A stretch of DNA of 64,000 nucleotides from Mobula hypostoma (Eukaryota): contig NC_086108.1 of the NCBI RefSeq assembly GCF_963921235.1, positions 61,072,001 to 61,136,000 on the forward strand. Direction: 5' to 3'. Position numbers and translations under genes: made by a program. Positions 1 to 13,552 of the stretch are shown piece by piece. Position 1 is the stretch's first letter; each line of letters starts with the position of its first letter. The notes below the pieces were generated by a model. That model saw only the letters and a program-made list of their open reading frames with translations. It made no database searches and was not told the origin of the DNA.

Positions 1-285
1 CTAATGCACTATTCTCGGTAGAAACATTGGCAAAGAGTTGGAGCAAAATTTAGATATATCAAAAAATTAGCAAAATTGAGAACTTTATAATAGAGCTTTC
101 CTGATACACCAGTGGATTTGCATAGTATAATGTAAAATATGAAAGAACTGATTTCATATAATTTTAGCAAATGTTCCAGACCTCTTTAAAACTTTTACTT
201 CCTCTTGAATACTATGTGAAAATAAGTTTGCAGTATGACTTGAATGAAATTCTATTTAAATACCTGTTCTCTTATTTACTTAAAG

Positions 286-396
286 GTGTTTCTGCGCAAG
301 ATGTTGGATATTGTTTTTCAAGATCACTGGGAATAGTGATGGACATTTTATCTGTTAAGTCTGAAACTTGTAAGAAGATAAAAAACTATAAAGCAT
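286..396 (+). CDS. C8A: Complement C8 alpha, internal coding exon (MACPF TMH2/CH2 region)
   Basis: ttaaag|GT...GCA T|gtaagt, phase 1/1. Encodes GVSAQDVGYCFSRSLGIVMDILSVKSETCKKIKNYKA, resembling human C8A GITSRDITTCFGGSLGI...HCKK. Splices in frame to the exon at 2984. Confidence 0.85.
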
Positions 397-741
397 GTAA
401 GTAAGCCTAGATTTAGTAGACATAATTGCTGTCTGCTTTTAATATATGTGGAGTTATGTTATTTAATACATAAATGTATTAAAATTACAAAGCAAAATAC
501 ACAAATTGAGAATTTGTACTTAATTAGGGAGCATATTGTACTAAATTGCTGTAGAAACAAGAAATACTTGTTGAGTTGTCCCTGGTCACTGTTATCAATC
601 TGGTTTTAAGATTTGAACTTTTGACTAAAGTAGTGGCGGTTTCAATAAGTTCTACTGCAGTTATCATGAAAAGCTCCTACTTTGCACTCTCTGGTTATGG
701 TAGTTTTAGAGTCATGAAGTATAGAAGAGGAGACACCACAT

Positions 742-1290
742 GAATCAGAATCAGTTTTATTATCACTGACATATGTAATGAAATTTGTTGTTTTGTGTCA
801 GCAGTACAGTGCAATAAATAAATAAACTATAAATTACAATAGGCGATATAATTAAATTAAAGAAGTAGTGCAAAAAGAGAGCAAAAATAGGTGAGGTAGT
901 GTTCTCGGTTTGGTTCATTGTCCTTTCAGAAATTTGATAGCAGAGGGGAAGAAACTTTTCCTAAAGCATTGAGTGTGTGTCTTCAGGCTCCTTGATGGTA
1001 GCAATGAGAAGAGATGTCCTGGGTGATGGGCGCCTTTAATGATGTATGCACCTTTTTGAGCATTGTCTTTTGAAGATACCCTTGATACTGGGAATGCTAA
1101 TACCCATGATGGAGCTTGGCTGAGTTTGCAACCCTCTGCAGCTTTTCCAGTCCTGTGCAGTTCCCCCTCCATACCAGATGGCGATGCAATCAGTTACAAT
1201 GCTCTCCACAGTACAACTGTAGAAACTTCCTGGAGTATTTGGTGACATACCAATTCTCCTCAACCTCCAAAGGAAATATAGCCAGTGTCA
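742..1290 (-). mobile_element. Rex1/Babar-like LINE 3' fragment
   Basis: SFYSCTVESIVTDCIAIWYG and ...FRKSFFPSAIK remnants; (gaatca)n tail at the left end. Confidence 0.75.
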
Positions 1291-1579
1291 GGAAATACCG
1301 TCTAATTAGTAAATGTAGAATCACAGATAACACCAAATGCTTAGAGATATTATTTTAGGTTACGTAATGGTTCCTTCAAGTATATTTTGCCATAGAATTA
1401 ATTCGTGATGCAAGATCAACATTTCTGTAAGGTAGCTTCATGTCTACAGTAATAACTATGGAATCAGTAACACCAAAGTAAAGCCATGAGAAAGTACTTC
1501 CTGCAAGAGTTACCTCCTCTTGCCTACAGTAAAAGGTGATTGTAAAACTAATGGAGTTACACAAATGTTAAAGCTATTG

Positions 1580-2075
1580 AGTCTGGAGTCAATAAGATTG
1601 AAAGAGTGCTGAAGAGATTTGCAAAGCTCTTGCCAGGACTTGAGGATCTGAATTGCTGGAAAACATTGTACGTATAGGTTAGGACTTTATTCCTAGAGCG
1701 AAGGAGTGTGAGGGAAGATTTCATAGAGGTTTATAAATTATGAGGGTTATCACTAGAGTAAATGCAAACAGGCTCTTTCCACTGAGGTTGGGTGAGACTA
1801 GAACTAGAGGTCATGGGTGCAGGATGAAAGGTGAAATGTTTAAAGGGACCTTTTTCACTCAGAGGGTGATGAGAGTGTGGAATGAGCAGCCAGTGGAAGT
1901 GTGGATATGGACTTGATTTCAACATTTAGGAGAAATTTGGATAGGTACGTGGATGGGAGGCATATGGACCAGGTGCAGGTTGATGGGACTAAGTGGATTA
2001 ATAGTTTGGCACGGGCTAGATGGGCCAAAAGGCCTGTTTCTTTGCTGTAGTGTTCTGTGATTCTATAACTCTATG
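1580..2075 (+). mobile_element. CR1-like LINE 3' fragment
   Basis: Typical CR1 ORF2 C-terminal/3'UTR sequence (ttttcactcagagggtg..., gggccaaaaggcctgtttc...) with a ttctat-type tail. Confidence 0.75.
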
Positions 2076-2983
2076 TTTTAATAATAACTGTTGATAATAA
2101 TTATGCTTTCAAAATTTTTTTTCTGTCATTAATCCACCAAATGCATATACTGTGGTTGTGGCTCTCTTGAGGAAGTTCAAATAGTTTGTCGATTGCCAGA
2201 TATTATGAATGTGATGTTTTCTGCAATTGGCAATATTTTACAAGTAAGTGCATGCTTCTGCTGGAAGACTGAAGTTTTATTAGCATTTTTTCCTAAGTTT
2301 TTTGTGTTGGGCCCCTGCTCTTTGACATCTGGATCAGAAACTTAAAGTTATTTTACATTCAAATTATTGAATCCTTCCTTGTTAAGTCCTTAAATATGTC
2401 AGAAGTGCTTCATTTTAAGTAGTATTATAGTGAGAATAATTATTTCATTTGCCCCAGCTTAAAGACCTTCAGGTTTCTGAACCAGGTGTGCAAGAGCATG
2501 GGCCTGACACAGAAAACTTAGAACAAAACAGCATTTAAAATTCAGTTTCCCAGCAGAAGTTTGCACTTATCTGTTAATTTCCTTACACGTCGAACAATTT
2601 TATCAATCTAGAGTACACAGCACAATCCATTGACATGAGATAAATGGACACTTCGGTGCAGACTCAATTGTTGCATGTGGCCAGATGTTAAGTGCTGAAA
2701 ATTGGAATATTGTTCTATTCTCCAATCATGCAATAATTTATTTGCTCAAGAACTTAAAATTTGGAGTACAACAATGACCAAGGCAAAGGAAGAAAAAAAA
2801 CTAATAAACTGAACTCTGTGAAAGGGAGTGTCTACCTGATCATGGTAAGAATTCCATGACTTAATTTGAAATAATATTCAAATTAATATTTGCATTTGGT
2901 GCATTAATTTCATGCTACTTATATTCAGTACAATGTATGATATAGTCTGTAAAAGGGTAATAATTTTTGAATTATTATTTTAG

Positions 2984-3147
2984 CTTCAGGCAGTTCAAGA
3001 ACATTGATAGAAGATATTATTCCACGTGTACAAGGAGGAGACCCTAAATCAATTGCAGGACTGTTAGGTGGAGAAATACCAGATGCCAAAATGTATCGAC
3101 GCTGGGGTAAATCCTTGAAATATATCCCAGCAATCATTGATTTTGAG
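2984..3147 (+). CDS. C8A: Complement C8 alpha exon (MACPF C-terminal part)
   Basis: ttttag|CT...GAG|gtaaaa, 164 bp. EDIIPRVQGG...MYRRWGKSLKYIPAIIDFE matches C8A EDIISRVRGG...YRSWGRSLKYNPVVIDFE. Confidence 0.95.
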
Positions 3148-4139
3148 GTAAAATGTTGTTATGGAAGCAACGTACATATCTGTGTTCTACTTCACATAAT
3201 TAATTTGGCATTTAAGGACAATTATAATATCTAATTGTAATCTCAGGCAATTAAATAAATCAATATACCATGCCCAAGCCTAAAAACTGAAAAGAATAGT
3301 TAAGTTGGCATTTCGAAGTACTGAGGATCAGTGAACCATATCTGAGGATTTATTTTAAATGCAGCCGAAACACTTACACCTCTAGATAACTGGAAGAGAG
3401 AAAAGTTGAAACAATGATGTCAATAGAAGAGAAAAGAATTTTCCACTAAACAGCCCTGGAGCATTGAAAATAAAATCAGAACATGAAGAAATGCCTTTGA
3501 GAGAGGCAGATCAAGGGCACAATTCTAGTTATTACATTTACACTATTCCTCAGAGAAACACGTTAAGAGAACTCGTTCTTGTTTAGATCCTATGAGAAAG
3601 AAGGTGGTTTTGCATGCCCAGCAGCAACAAAGATAAATATAACCAAGGTTGATCTATAACAATGAGACAGGCAGCTGTCATAATGACCTTGAAACAAATA
3701 TTTATAAAGGTAGTAAACCCATAGGAAAACCTTTAACAAAGCTGACCAGACAATGGTTATGACAGAGAAAGGGAAATAATAATTGAAGTTGAGACTCAAG
3801 TTAAACAACCTGATTTGAAAAATCAAGTATAAGATTAAGCCCCGTCTCTAAAAACTTCATAATGGAGTTGGATTTTTTTTCCTTACACGAAGCCACAGTG
3901 AGTACTATTTAATACTGGCCTGCTCATTGCAACGTACTTGATGCAACCTCCTCAGAATGCCTACAGAAAATGTCAGACTATGTTTTATCTGTTGGATTTT
4001 GATGGGTAGTATGGACAATCTGGGCCAAAGGGCCTTTCTCTAAGCTGCTTAACTCTGTGACTTCAACATTCAAGTCAGTTAGCATCTAAGGGGACAGAAA
4101 GTAAATTCTAATCTATGTTCTGGATTATTTCTGATCTTG

Positions 4140-6800
4140 TATGAATGAGTGTGTGCCTTTGAGAACATATCCAAACCAAATGCCATGGATGAACCAAGAG
4201 ATTCATAGTTTACTGAGTGCTAGACCTGTGGCATTCAAGACCAGTAACCCAGAACTATACAAGAAGCTCCTGTTACAACGTATGCAAGGATATTTTAAGA
4301 GTAAAAGAAACAATTCAGATTGAAGTTAGAAATGTAACCAGATGTACGTCAGCTCTGGCAGGGTATACAGGCGATTACTTCCTACATGGCAAAACCTATC
4401 ATCATGAATGGTTGTGATGTTTCACGCCAAGATGAGCTCAACACTTTTTATGCAGACTTTGAAAGAGAGAATAAAGCTACACCTGTGAAAATCCTTGCAG
4501 TATCTGATGATCCTGTGATCTATGTCTCGGAGGCCAATTTCAGAACACCTTTTGAGAGGGTGAACCTATACTAGGCATGAGGCCCTGATGATGAACTTGG
4601 TAGAGCACTGAAACCTTGTGCCAGCCATCTGGTGGGAGTGTTTAAGGACAATATCAATCAACACCTGCTTCAAAAGGGTGAAAATCAATCCAATGCCCAA
4701 GAGAGCAGGGAGGCTGTACAAGGACATAAACTGTAAGGAGAATGAACAAAGAAGCAGTGGATGAAATACAGTATCAGGAAGTATATGGTTGTGCACTTTG
4801 GTGGAAGGAGTAAAAGTGGAAACTATTTTCTAAACAGGAAGAAAATTCAAAACTCCGAAGTGCAAAGGGACTTGGGAGTCCTTGTGCTGGATTGCCTAAA
4901 ATTTAATGGTGAGGAAGGCAAATGCAATGTTATTATTCATTTTCAGAGGATTAGAATATAAAAACAAAGACGTAATGCTGAAGCATTATAAGGCACTCCT
5001 GAGGCCTCACTTGCAGTATCATGAGCAGTTTTGGGCCCCTTATCAAAGAAAGGACGTGCTGACATTGGAGATGGTTTGATGGCGGTTCATGAAATGATTC
5101 TGGGAAGGAAAGGTTTATCATATGTGAAGCATTTGATGGCTCTGGGCCTGTACTCACTGGAATTTAGAAGAGTGGTGGGAGGGAGGGGATTTCATTGAAA
5201 TGCAATGAATGTTGAAAGGCCTGGATAGAGTAGATGTGGAGAGGATGTTTCCTATAGTGGGGGAGTTTAGTATCAGAAGGAGAGCTTCAAAATAGAGGGA
5301 CGTCCATTTCGAATGGAGATGAGGAATTCATTGCCACAGGTGACTGTGGAGGCAGATTACTGAGTGTATTTAAGGCAGAGGTTGATAGATTCTTAATAAA
5401 TCAGGGTGTGAAAGGTTACAGGGAGAAGACAGGAGAACAGGGTTGAGAGAGAAATGAATCAGCCATGACCAAATGGTGGACAGACTCAAAGGGCTGAATG
5501 GCATAATTCTGCTCATACGTCTTATTATCTAATGGTCTAAGAGCAAGGTGATCTGCCTCAACGACTATCGTCCAGTTGCACTCACACCTACTGTGATGAA
5601 GTGCATTGAGGGGTTGGTCATGGCCAGAATCAACTCCTACCTAAGCAAGGACCTGGGCCCATTGCAATTTGCCTATTGCTATAATAGGTCTACAGCAGAT
5701 GTTATCTCACTAGCACTCTACTCAGCCAAAACCTGGGCCTCTGTACCTCCCTCTGCAATTGGATCCTTGACTTCTAATTGGGAGACCGCCATCAGTATGG
5801 ATCAGAAATAACTTCTCCTCTTTGATGACATCCAACACTGGTGCACTTCAAGGATGCATGCTTAGTCCCCTGCTCTACTCTTTCTACATCCCTGACTGTA
5901 TGGCTGGACCCAGCTCAAATACCATCTGTAAATTTGCCAATGACACAACTATTGTTGGCAGAATTTATGATGATGATGAAGAGGTGTACAGGAGTGAGAA
6001 AGATCAGCTGGCTGAGTGGTGTTTCAATAACAACCTCGTACTTAATGTTAGTAAGACCAAGGAATTGATTGTGGATTTCAAGAAGGGGAAGTCGAGGGAA
6101 CACGCACCATCCGTCATTGAGGGATCAGCAGTGGAAACGGTGAGAAGTTTCAAGTTCCTGGGTGGCAACATTTCTGAAGAACTATCCTGAGCATAAAATA
6201 TTAATGTAATTACAAAGAAGGCACAACAGCAGCTATATCTAAAGGAGTGAGGAGCCTCTTGCAAATTTCTAAAGCTGTACCATGGAGAGCATTCTAACTG
6301 CTTGCATCACTGTCTGGTATGGAAAGGCCACTGCACAGGATTGAGAAAAGTTGCAGAAAATGATAAACTTAGCCGGCTCCATTATGGGCACTAGCCTCTC
6401 CAGCACTGAGAACATCTTCAACACGTGATGCCTCAAAAAGGGAGAAGCCATCATTACCGACTTCCATCATGTAAGACATGCCTTCTTTTCATTACTGATG
6501 TCAATGAGAAGGCACAGACCCTGAAAACACACACTCAACATTTCAGGAACAGCTTCTTCCCCACCGCCATCAGACTTCTGAATGGACAATGAACCGATGT
6601 ACATGACCTCAATATTACTTTCTTTAATTCTGCTGTCTTTTTTCACTACAATACTTATTTAATTTAATGTTTTAAGATACAGTATATTTCTTATTTTAAT
6701 TTATATATTTTTATTGTTATGTATTGCATTGTACTGCTGCCGCAAAACAACAAATTTCATGGTATACGTCAGTAATATTAAACTGGATTCTGATTCTGAG
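4140..6800 (+). mobile_element. Decayed Rex1-like LINE interrupted by a CR1 fragment (~4700-5540)
   Basis: [37 protein letters not shown] and LNVSKTKELIVDF RT motifs. The reading resumes after the CR1 piece. gattctgattct tail near 6790. Confidence 0.8.
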
Positions 6801-7744
6801 GTAGCTAACAAAGTGAACGATCACTTCCTCGACAAAGCTCTGTACAAAAAAACTGTTTGGCTTGTGGCTAGACTCCCATATTGTGACATGTATAAAGCTG
6901 GAATTACCACAAGAATGAGGGGCTTTTTTAGTCAAAATAGAGGCATATGCTGTAGCTTCTGTGGAAATAAGTATTGGTTTGGGTGTGTTATGGGAACTTC
7001 TGTTTTTCATGGTGTAGTACCTTTAGTTGTCATTCCATTATTTTGAAACACTGGAAGATGGATATTTGAATTTTGGGATTTAGGAATACTGCATTGGAGT
7101 CTTAAGAATAGTGAGGGGGGCTTTTTGATCTACAGTCACAGCAAACTGCGTCCAAATTTCTGAGTGTGTTTCAAAATATTTCAAAAGATCGCAGGGTCCA
7201 AGAGCACAGTGATGTTGCTGGGATCCTCACCTTAACAAGAATTGTGAGAAAACGAGGCAGGATTCTGAAACACAATAAAGGGCAGGATCTCTGGGAATAG
7301 AAATTCTGTGATCCAACCTTAAAATGACTGGTGCGTGGACAATAGCATCTACAAAAATCGGAAACAGTTGAGTTAAGTCAAACAGCAAGGAATAGGACTC
7401 CGTATCTTTAAAAAGAAAAAATGTGTTTTATAAAGTCACCTTCAAATCTTGAGATTTTACAAAGCATTGAATTCAGACATAAATAATAAGTAATAAGCTT
7501 TTGAAGTCAGCAATGATGGGGCATTAATTTAAAACTGTTAACTCAAAGTGAGGAAAGAGGAGAGGAACAATTTCTTAATAGAGTGAATTAATGGACCAAG
7601 GATATATTTTGTTGAGGGGGTGGGGTGGAGTGTTCATTCAGAGTCTAGCAGCAGTAGTCAGGTCTCTGGTACTGTGACTGGCTCTGAGGTTCAGAGGGAC
7701 AATCCAAAAGTGTTGGGGGGGTGTGGTGGCAGGCAGGAGATTTT

Positions 7745-9140
7745 ATTGCCACAGAGGAGACACTAGGATGGTCTCCCATTTTTCAGCCCAATTTTCTAGC
7801 TGGTCCAGATCCTGCTGCAATCTCTGATCACCTTCCTTGTTGTCTACTACACTCACAGTCTTGGAATCATCTGCAAGTTTGTTGATCAAGTTAACCACAT
7901 TATCATCCAGATCGTTCATAGAGGTGACGAACAACAATGGACCCAACACCGAGTCCTGCGGCACTCTACTAGTCACAGGCTTTCAGTCAGAGAGACAACC
8001 ACCTACTACCACTCTCTGGCTTCTCCCACAATGCTAATGTCTAATTCAATATACTACCTCATCTTGAATGCCAAGCAACTGAACCCTTTTGACCAACCTC
8101 CCATGTGGGACCTTGTCAAATGCCTCGCTAAAGTCCATGTGGAGAACATCCATGGCCTTACCTTCATCAACACTCCTTGTAACTCCCTCGAAAAACTCTA
8201 TAAAATTGGTTAGACATGACCTACAAAGCTGTGATGACTATCCTTAATCGGTTTATGTTTGTCATATATCTGGTCCTTTAGGATGCCTTCCAAAAACTTT
8301 CCCACTACTGATGTTAGGCTCACTGGCCTATAATTTCCTCATTTGTTTTTAGAGCCCTTCTTAAATTGCAGACGACATCCTCCAATCCTCTGGTACCTCA
8401 TCTGGTACTAAGGATATTTTAAGTATCTCTGCTTGGGCCCCTGCAATTTCTGCACTTGCCTCCGCAGGGTCCGAGGGAATATCTTGTCAGGCCCTGGGGA
8501 TCTGTCCACCCTGATTTGCCTGAAGACAGCAAATGCCTCCTCCTCTGCAATCTGTATAGGGTCTGTGACATCGCTGCTGCTTTGCCTCACTTCTTTAAAC
8601 TCTGTCATCTCCTGAGTAAACACAAATGTAAAAATGCAAATCAGGTTTAAATCACAGTGTCTCCCCCCACCTCCTGTGCAGCTCTAGTAAGCCTTCCCAC
8701 TAGGTTATTAGTCCCTCTGTAGTTTAGGTGCAAACTGTCTCTTCTGGACTGGACCCACTTGTCTGGAAGAGAGCCCAATGATCCAAAAATCTAAAACCTA
8801 CACCACTACTTCAGTCATATGTTAAACTATATGATTTTCCTATTTCTAGCCTCACTAGCATGTGGCATGAGTAGCAATCCTGAGGCCACAATCCTGGAGG
8901 TCCTACTCCTTAAATTAGTACCTCTCTTTGAAGAACCTCATTACTCTACATTCCAATGGATCATGACCTCTGGCTGCTCACCCTCCTATTTAAGAATGCT
9001 GAGGACTCGATCTGAGATGTCCCTGATCCCTGGCACCCGGGAGGTAACATATCAACCAGGGATCTTATTCTCCTCCACAGAACCTGCTTTCTGCTCCCTT
9101 CACTAATGAATCCCCTATCACCACAGCTCGCCTCTTCTTT
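7745..9140 (-). mobile_element. CR1 LINE remnant (ORF1 esterase plus ORF2 RT pieces, internally deleted)
   Basis: Minus strand: KRRAVVIGDSLVKG (SGNH/GDSL-type ORF1), VDRSPGPDKIFPRTL, SRVPQDSVLGPLLF, LADDSK. Confidence 0.8.
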
Positions 9141-9529
9141 TGATTTGTTAAGTTTGAGATCTGTGTATTTTTTAAAGAAAGTGTGGATACAAATTTATAA
9201 GAAGAACAAAATTTAGTAATAAAGCAGAGATATTAGAGCAGTTAAGTACCTTTATCAAGGACCATTCAGAGACAGAAAGTTTTGGTGCTGTCAATTATTA
9301 TTGTTCTATGGTCATTCAGTGGATCTTTCAAATATTTGCAATACAATAAACTTTACCAAGACAGTAAAGACACTTGCTTAACAAACTTCAAAAAGATGTA
9401 GACAGTGATAATATTATGTTTGAAATTTATGATAAGTTTACATTTATATAATACTTTAATACAGAGGCTAAATGAGCCAAATCCATTTCTAACTAGTCTT
9501 ATTTTCAATTTTTTTACATATTTTTAAAC

Positions 9530-11450
9530 AAATCAAAGTTCAAAGTAAATTGTTTGTCACCATGCACCACTCTGAGATTCATTTCCTTGTGGGCATAGTC
9601 AAGAAATCCAATAACTGTAATAGAATCAATGAAAGATCTCACCAACTGGGCATACAAGCAGTGTGCAAAAGACTACAAACTGTGCAAATAGAAAAAGAAA
9701 GAAAAAAAACAATAAATAAATAAACAAACAAAACAAACAAGCAAACAAACAAGCCAGCAAGCAATAAATATTGAGAACACAATGTGAAGAGCCCTTGAAA
9801 GTGTGTCCATAGGTTGTGGTAACATTTTAATGATGTAGCGAGTGAAGTTGAGTGAAGTTATCCCCTTTGGTTCAGGAGCCTGATGGTTGAGGGGTAATAA
9901 CTGTTCCTGATGGTGTGAGTCCTGAGGCTCCTGTACCTTCTTCCTGATGGCAGCAGTGAGAAGAGAGCATGACCTGTGTGGTAGGGCTCTTCGAAGAGGA
10001 ATGCTGCTTTCCTGCAACAACACTCCATGTAGATGCTCTCAGTAGTGAGAAGGGTTTAACCCATGATGGACTGGGCCATATCACTACTTTTTGCAGGATT
10101 TTCCATTCAAGGACAATGGTGTTTCCATAACAGGTTATGAAGCAGCAGTCATGTTACTCTCCAGCACACATCTATAGAAGTTTGTTAAAGTTTTAGATGT
10201 CATTGCAAACTTCTAAGGAAGTAGAGGAGGTGTTGTTCTGGGCCTAGGACAGGACCTCTGAGATGATAATACAGAGGAAGTTAAAGTTGCTCTCCTCCTC
10301 TGATCCCTCGATGAGGACTGGCTCATGGATCCCTGGTTTCTTCCTCCTGAAGTCAATAATCAGCTCTTGGTCTTGAGTTAGAGGTTGTTGGTATGGCACA
10401 ACTCGGTGAGATTTTCAATCTCCCTCCTATATGCTGATTGATCACCTCCTTTGATTTGACCTCCCACCGTGGTGTCATTAGTAAACTTGAATATAGCATT
10501 ATAGCTATACCTAGCCACATAGTCATAAGTGTAGAGCAAGAGGCTAAGTACACAGCATTGTGGTGCATCTGTATTGTGGAGGAGATGTTGTTGCCAATCC
10601 GAACTGACTGGGCTCTGCAAGTAAGGAGATTGAAGATCCAATTGCACAAGGAGGTATTGAGGCCAAGGTCTTGAAGTTTATTGTTTAGTTTTGAGGGGAT
10701 GATAGTATTGAATGCTGAGCTGTATTTAATAAAGAGCATCCTGATGTATGCACCTAATTGGAGTGGGTCCAAGTCATTTCTCGGGCAGAAGTTGATATGA
10801 TTCATCACAACCTTTCAAGACACTTCATCGCTGTGCATGTAAGTGCTACTGGACCATAGACATTGAGGTAGGTTACCACATTCTTCAAGCTGCTTCAAGT
10901 AGGTATAATTGAAACCTGCTTGAAGCAGCTGGGTACTTCAAACTGCCAAAGTGAGAGGTTAAAGGTATTGATGAGATTGAAATCACAGCATCATCTGGGG
11001 CTGTGGAACTTCATGGTGATTCCTCCATGTATTGATAGTCAATGCAAACGCAGAAGGCATTCAGCTGATCTGGAACCGAGGCCCTTTTGTCTCCATAATA
11101 TTCAAACCTTGCCACAACTGTCAAGCATCCTTCATTGATTCAAGCTTAGTCTGGAATTGCCACTTCACCTGTGGGATGGTTTTCTGGAGATCGTACCTAG
11201 ATCTCTTGTAACTTGGTCACCAGACTTGAATCCCTCTGATCTGGCCCTCAACAGATTGCAGATCTCATGGTTCATCCAGGGCTTCTGGTTGGAGAAGACT
11301 GAAAGATTTTGTGGGGACATGACTCATCTACAACAATTTTTATAAACTCCGTGACAACCATGGTGTTTTCACTCAGATCCTCAGATGAGTCCTTTAACAT
11401 GGCTCAGTCCACCTACACGAAGCAATCCCGTAGCTGTTCCTCTGCATCAA
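9530..11450 (-). mobile_element. Decayed Rex1-like LINE
   Basis: [40 protein letters not shown] and HALFSLLPSG remnants; tcaaagttcaaag tail at the left end. Confidence 0.8.
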
Positions 11451-11519
11451 CAGTAAATTAAGGAGCTAAGTTTTCAAATGGGTCAACTTGAATCTCATAA
11501 TTTTTGTCGTTTTCTTTAG

Positions 11520-11742
11520 GTCATGCCCATTTATGAGTTGGTGGCCAGAAGTAATCTTCAGTCAGTTAACAGTAAGCAACAGCATTTAAGGAGAGCACTA
11601 GAAGAGTACTTTACTGAATTTCACCCCTGCAGATGCCATCCATGTTATCATAATGGAAATCCATTTCTTTTAAACAATAAGTGCATCTGTGTATGTGAAC
11701 CTGGATTTGAAGGAACAGCATGTCAAGAAACAAATCGAAGGG
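11520..11742 (+). CDS. C8A: Complement C8 alpha exon (MACPF end plus EGF-like domain)
   Basis: tctttag|GTC ATG...AGG G|gtaaga, 223 bp. VMPIYELV...LRRALEEYFTEFHPCRCHPCYHNGNPFLLNNKCICVCEPGFEGTACQE. Confidence 0.95.
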
Positions 11743-12104
11743 GTAAGAAACTGTTCATGCTGTTATCAGGTTTCTTGTAACAGTTACCAATTTAAAAAAA
11801 AAATCTGCCGTACTTCTATTGAATACATAAATGCTGCCACCAAACCACAAATTCCAAAACATATGTCAGTGATAATAAATTTGGTTTGGATTCTGTTTCT
11901 GGAATTGCCAAAAATTTAATCTTTTCTTGATATGCATTGTACTGCTTACTTAATTTTTGCTTTAAACACTTTGAGGGCTAGAGATTGTGGTTTGTTGTTA
12001 AAAGCACACTATATGATCATTGTGTGTTGCACCATTGAATGTATGGGTTGGAGCTTGCTGCTGCTATCTTCAATGGCACTCAAAGCCAAAGACATGAATA
12101 GTAT

Positions 12105-13552
12105 CAGACATCCCACCCTGCAAAATCTCATTTCAGGGAGGTAGCACCCCCATCCCCCGCAACCCCTGATCCCCCCCTCACCCGTCAACCTCCAAGGGTT
12201 TATGTAATACTTTGTTTAGTGATTTTCTCTAATCTCTAAACCAAGTTGAGTATATGCAGAAAATGCAACATTAAAATATGTACTTGTGTTATATTATAAT
12301 GTTTTTTCTATTACAACTTTAAGCAAGTCTGCAGGGAGTTTCGGCTCATCACATAGGACATCAATAGCGTAGCTCCCCAGCAGCCAGCCAGCTAGTTTAA
12401 ATAACGTTAGCTATGCTAATGAACGAATGACACCTGTTAAACTCACCTCAAACCCCCATGGGCAATAGAAAAGTCACTGTTGCAAACAGTGCAGCGAGCA
12501 ACACTGTCATTATTTTTGAGGTCGACTGTAAAGCCCGCCCACAGAAAAAACTGATAGGTCTACTTAGCAGGGGTCCCCAACCTTTTTTGCACCGCAGACT
12601 GGTTTAATATTGACAATATTCTTGCGGACCGGCTGACGGGAGGGGGGCGGGGCGGGGCGGGGGGTGGGGGTGTTAATCGCGACCAGAATATAGGTGATAA
12701 GTCAACTGTAAGTCACTTATAAGTGGCTAATACACTCAAAATTTTGTTTCTAAAAGGGTTTATCTAACGAAATTAATAGTAAACACACAGCGCATATTTC
12801 CCTCGCATGAATATAATAATGAGTCAATTATAAGTCAATAGCATCATAACATTTTAAGTAACATTTGGATATTAAACACACAGCACGTATTTTCCTCGTA
12901 TGAACATATAAAATCATTGCAACACACCAATATCGCTGAATCAGTGGGAGCCCTGGGCTTGTTTTCCTGCAACAAGACGGTCCCATCGAGGGGTGATGGG
13001 AGACAGCGATACTCGAAGGGGGGTCCTTAAGTCCAGTCTATTCCGCAATTTAGTTTTCATTGCAGAAAAGCCCGGTCCACAGAGATATGTTGGAAATGGA
13101 AGCAACGTTTTCAGTGCTTCCGTGGCTATCTCAGGATATTCAGCCTTGACTTAGATGCAGAAGGCCGGCAGAGATGTTATGTCAAACATACTTTTCAGCC
13201 CGCCGTGATTTGCAAACTCGAGGAGTTGATCCTTTTCCCGCGCTGACATGGATGACGTGTGCGTGATGACCTCATGTGCGTTCAAATTCAACAGTGGGTG
13301 TGAGAGGGAATGAGGAAAGGTGCGGATGACTCATATCGTTTCATATCGCCAAATCATATTGTTTCCTTGCATCCCGGTGGATGGGGACCACTCTTAGCAC
13401 GAAGAGAGACCAATCAAGATGCTCGCTCTCCTTCTCCCTCTCTTTCTCAAAAAAATCTATTTCCGGGATATTGTATATAATTTCCAGGCATCAGGGAGCC
13501 ACTATCAATATGCGGGAGACTCCCTGAACTTCCGGGAGAGGTGGGATGTCTG
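12105..13552. mobile_element. Non-autonomous DNA transposon (hAT-like) with 13-bp TIR CAGACATCCCACC and 6-bp TSD TAGTAT
   Basis: tagtat|CAGACATCCCACC...GGTGGGATGTCTG|tagtat, read directly. Confidence 0.85.
12568..13392 (-). mobile_element. Buster/Charlie-family hAT deletion derivative nested in the previous element
   Basis: Ends CAGGGGTCCCCAAC...TGGGGACCACT with partial TSD (ctacttag / cttag). Minus-strand remnant EYPEIATEALKTLLPFPTYLC...KTKLRNRLD...PRWDRLVAGKQAQGSH* at about 12940-13235 is the hAT dimerisation C-terminus. Confidence 0.85.

Noticed and set aside
397..406. Alternative donor gtaagc at 401 for the first C8A exon
   Set aside because: It would give phase 2, incompatible with the phase-1 acceptor of the next exon; gtaagt at 397 fits.
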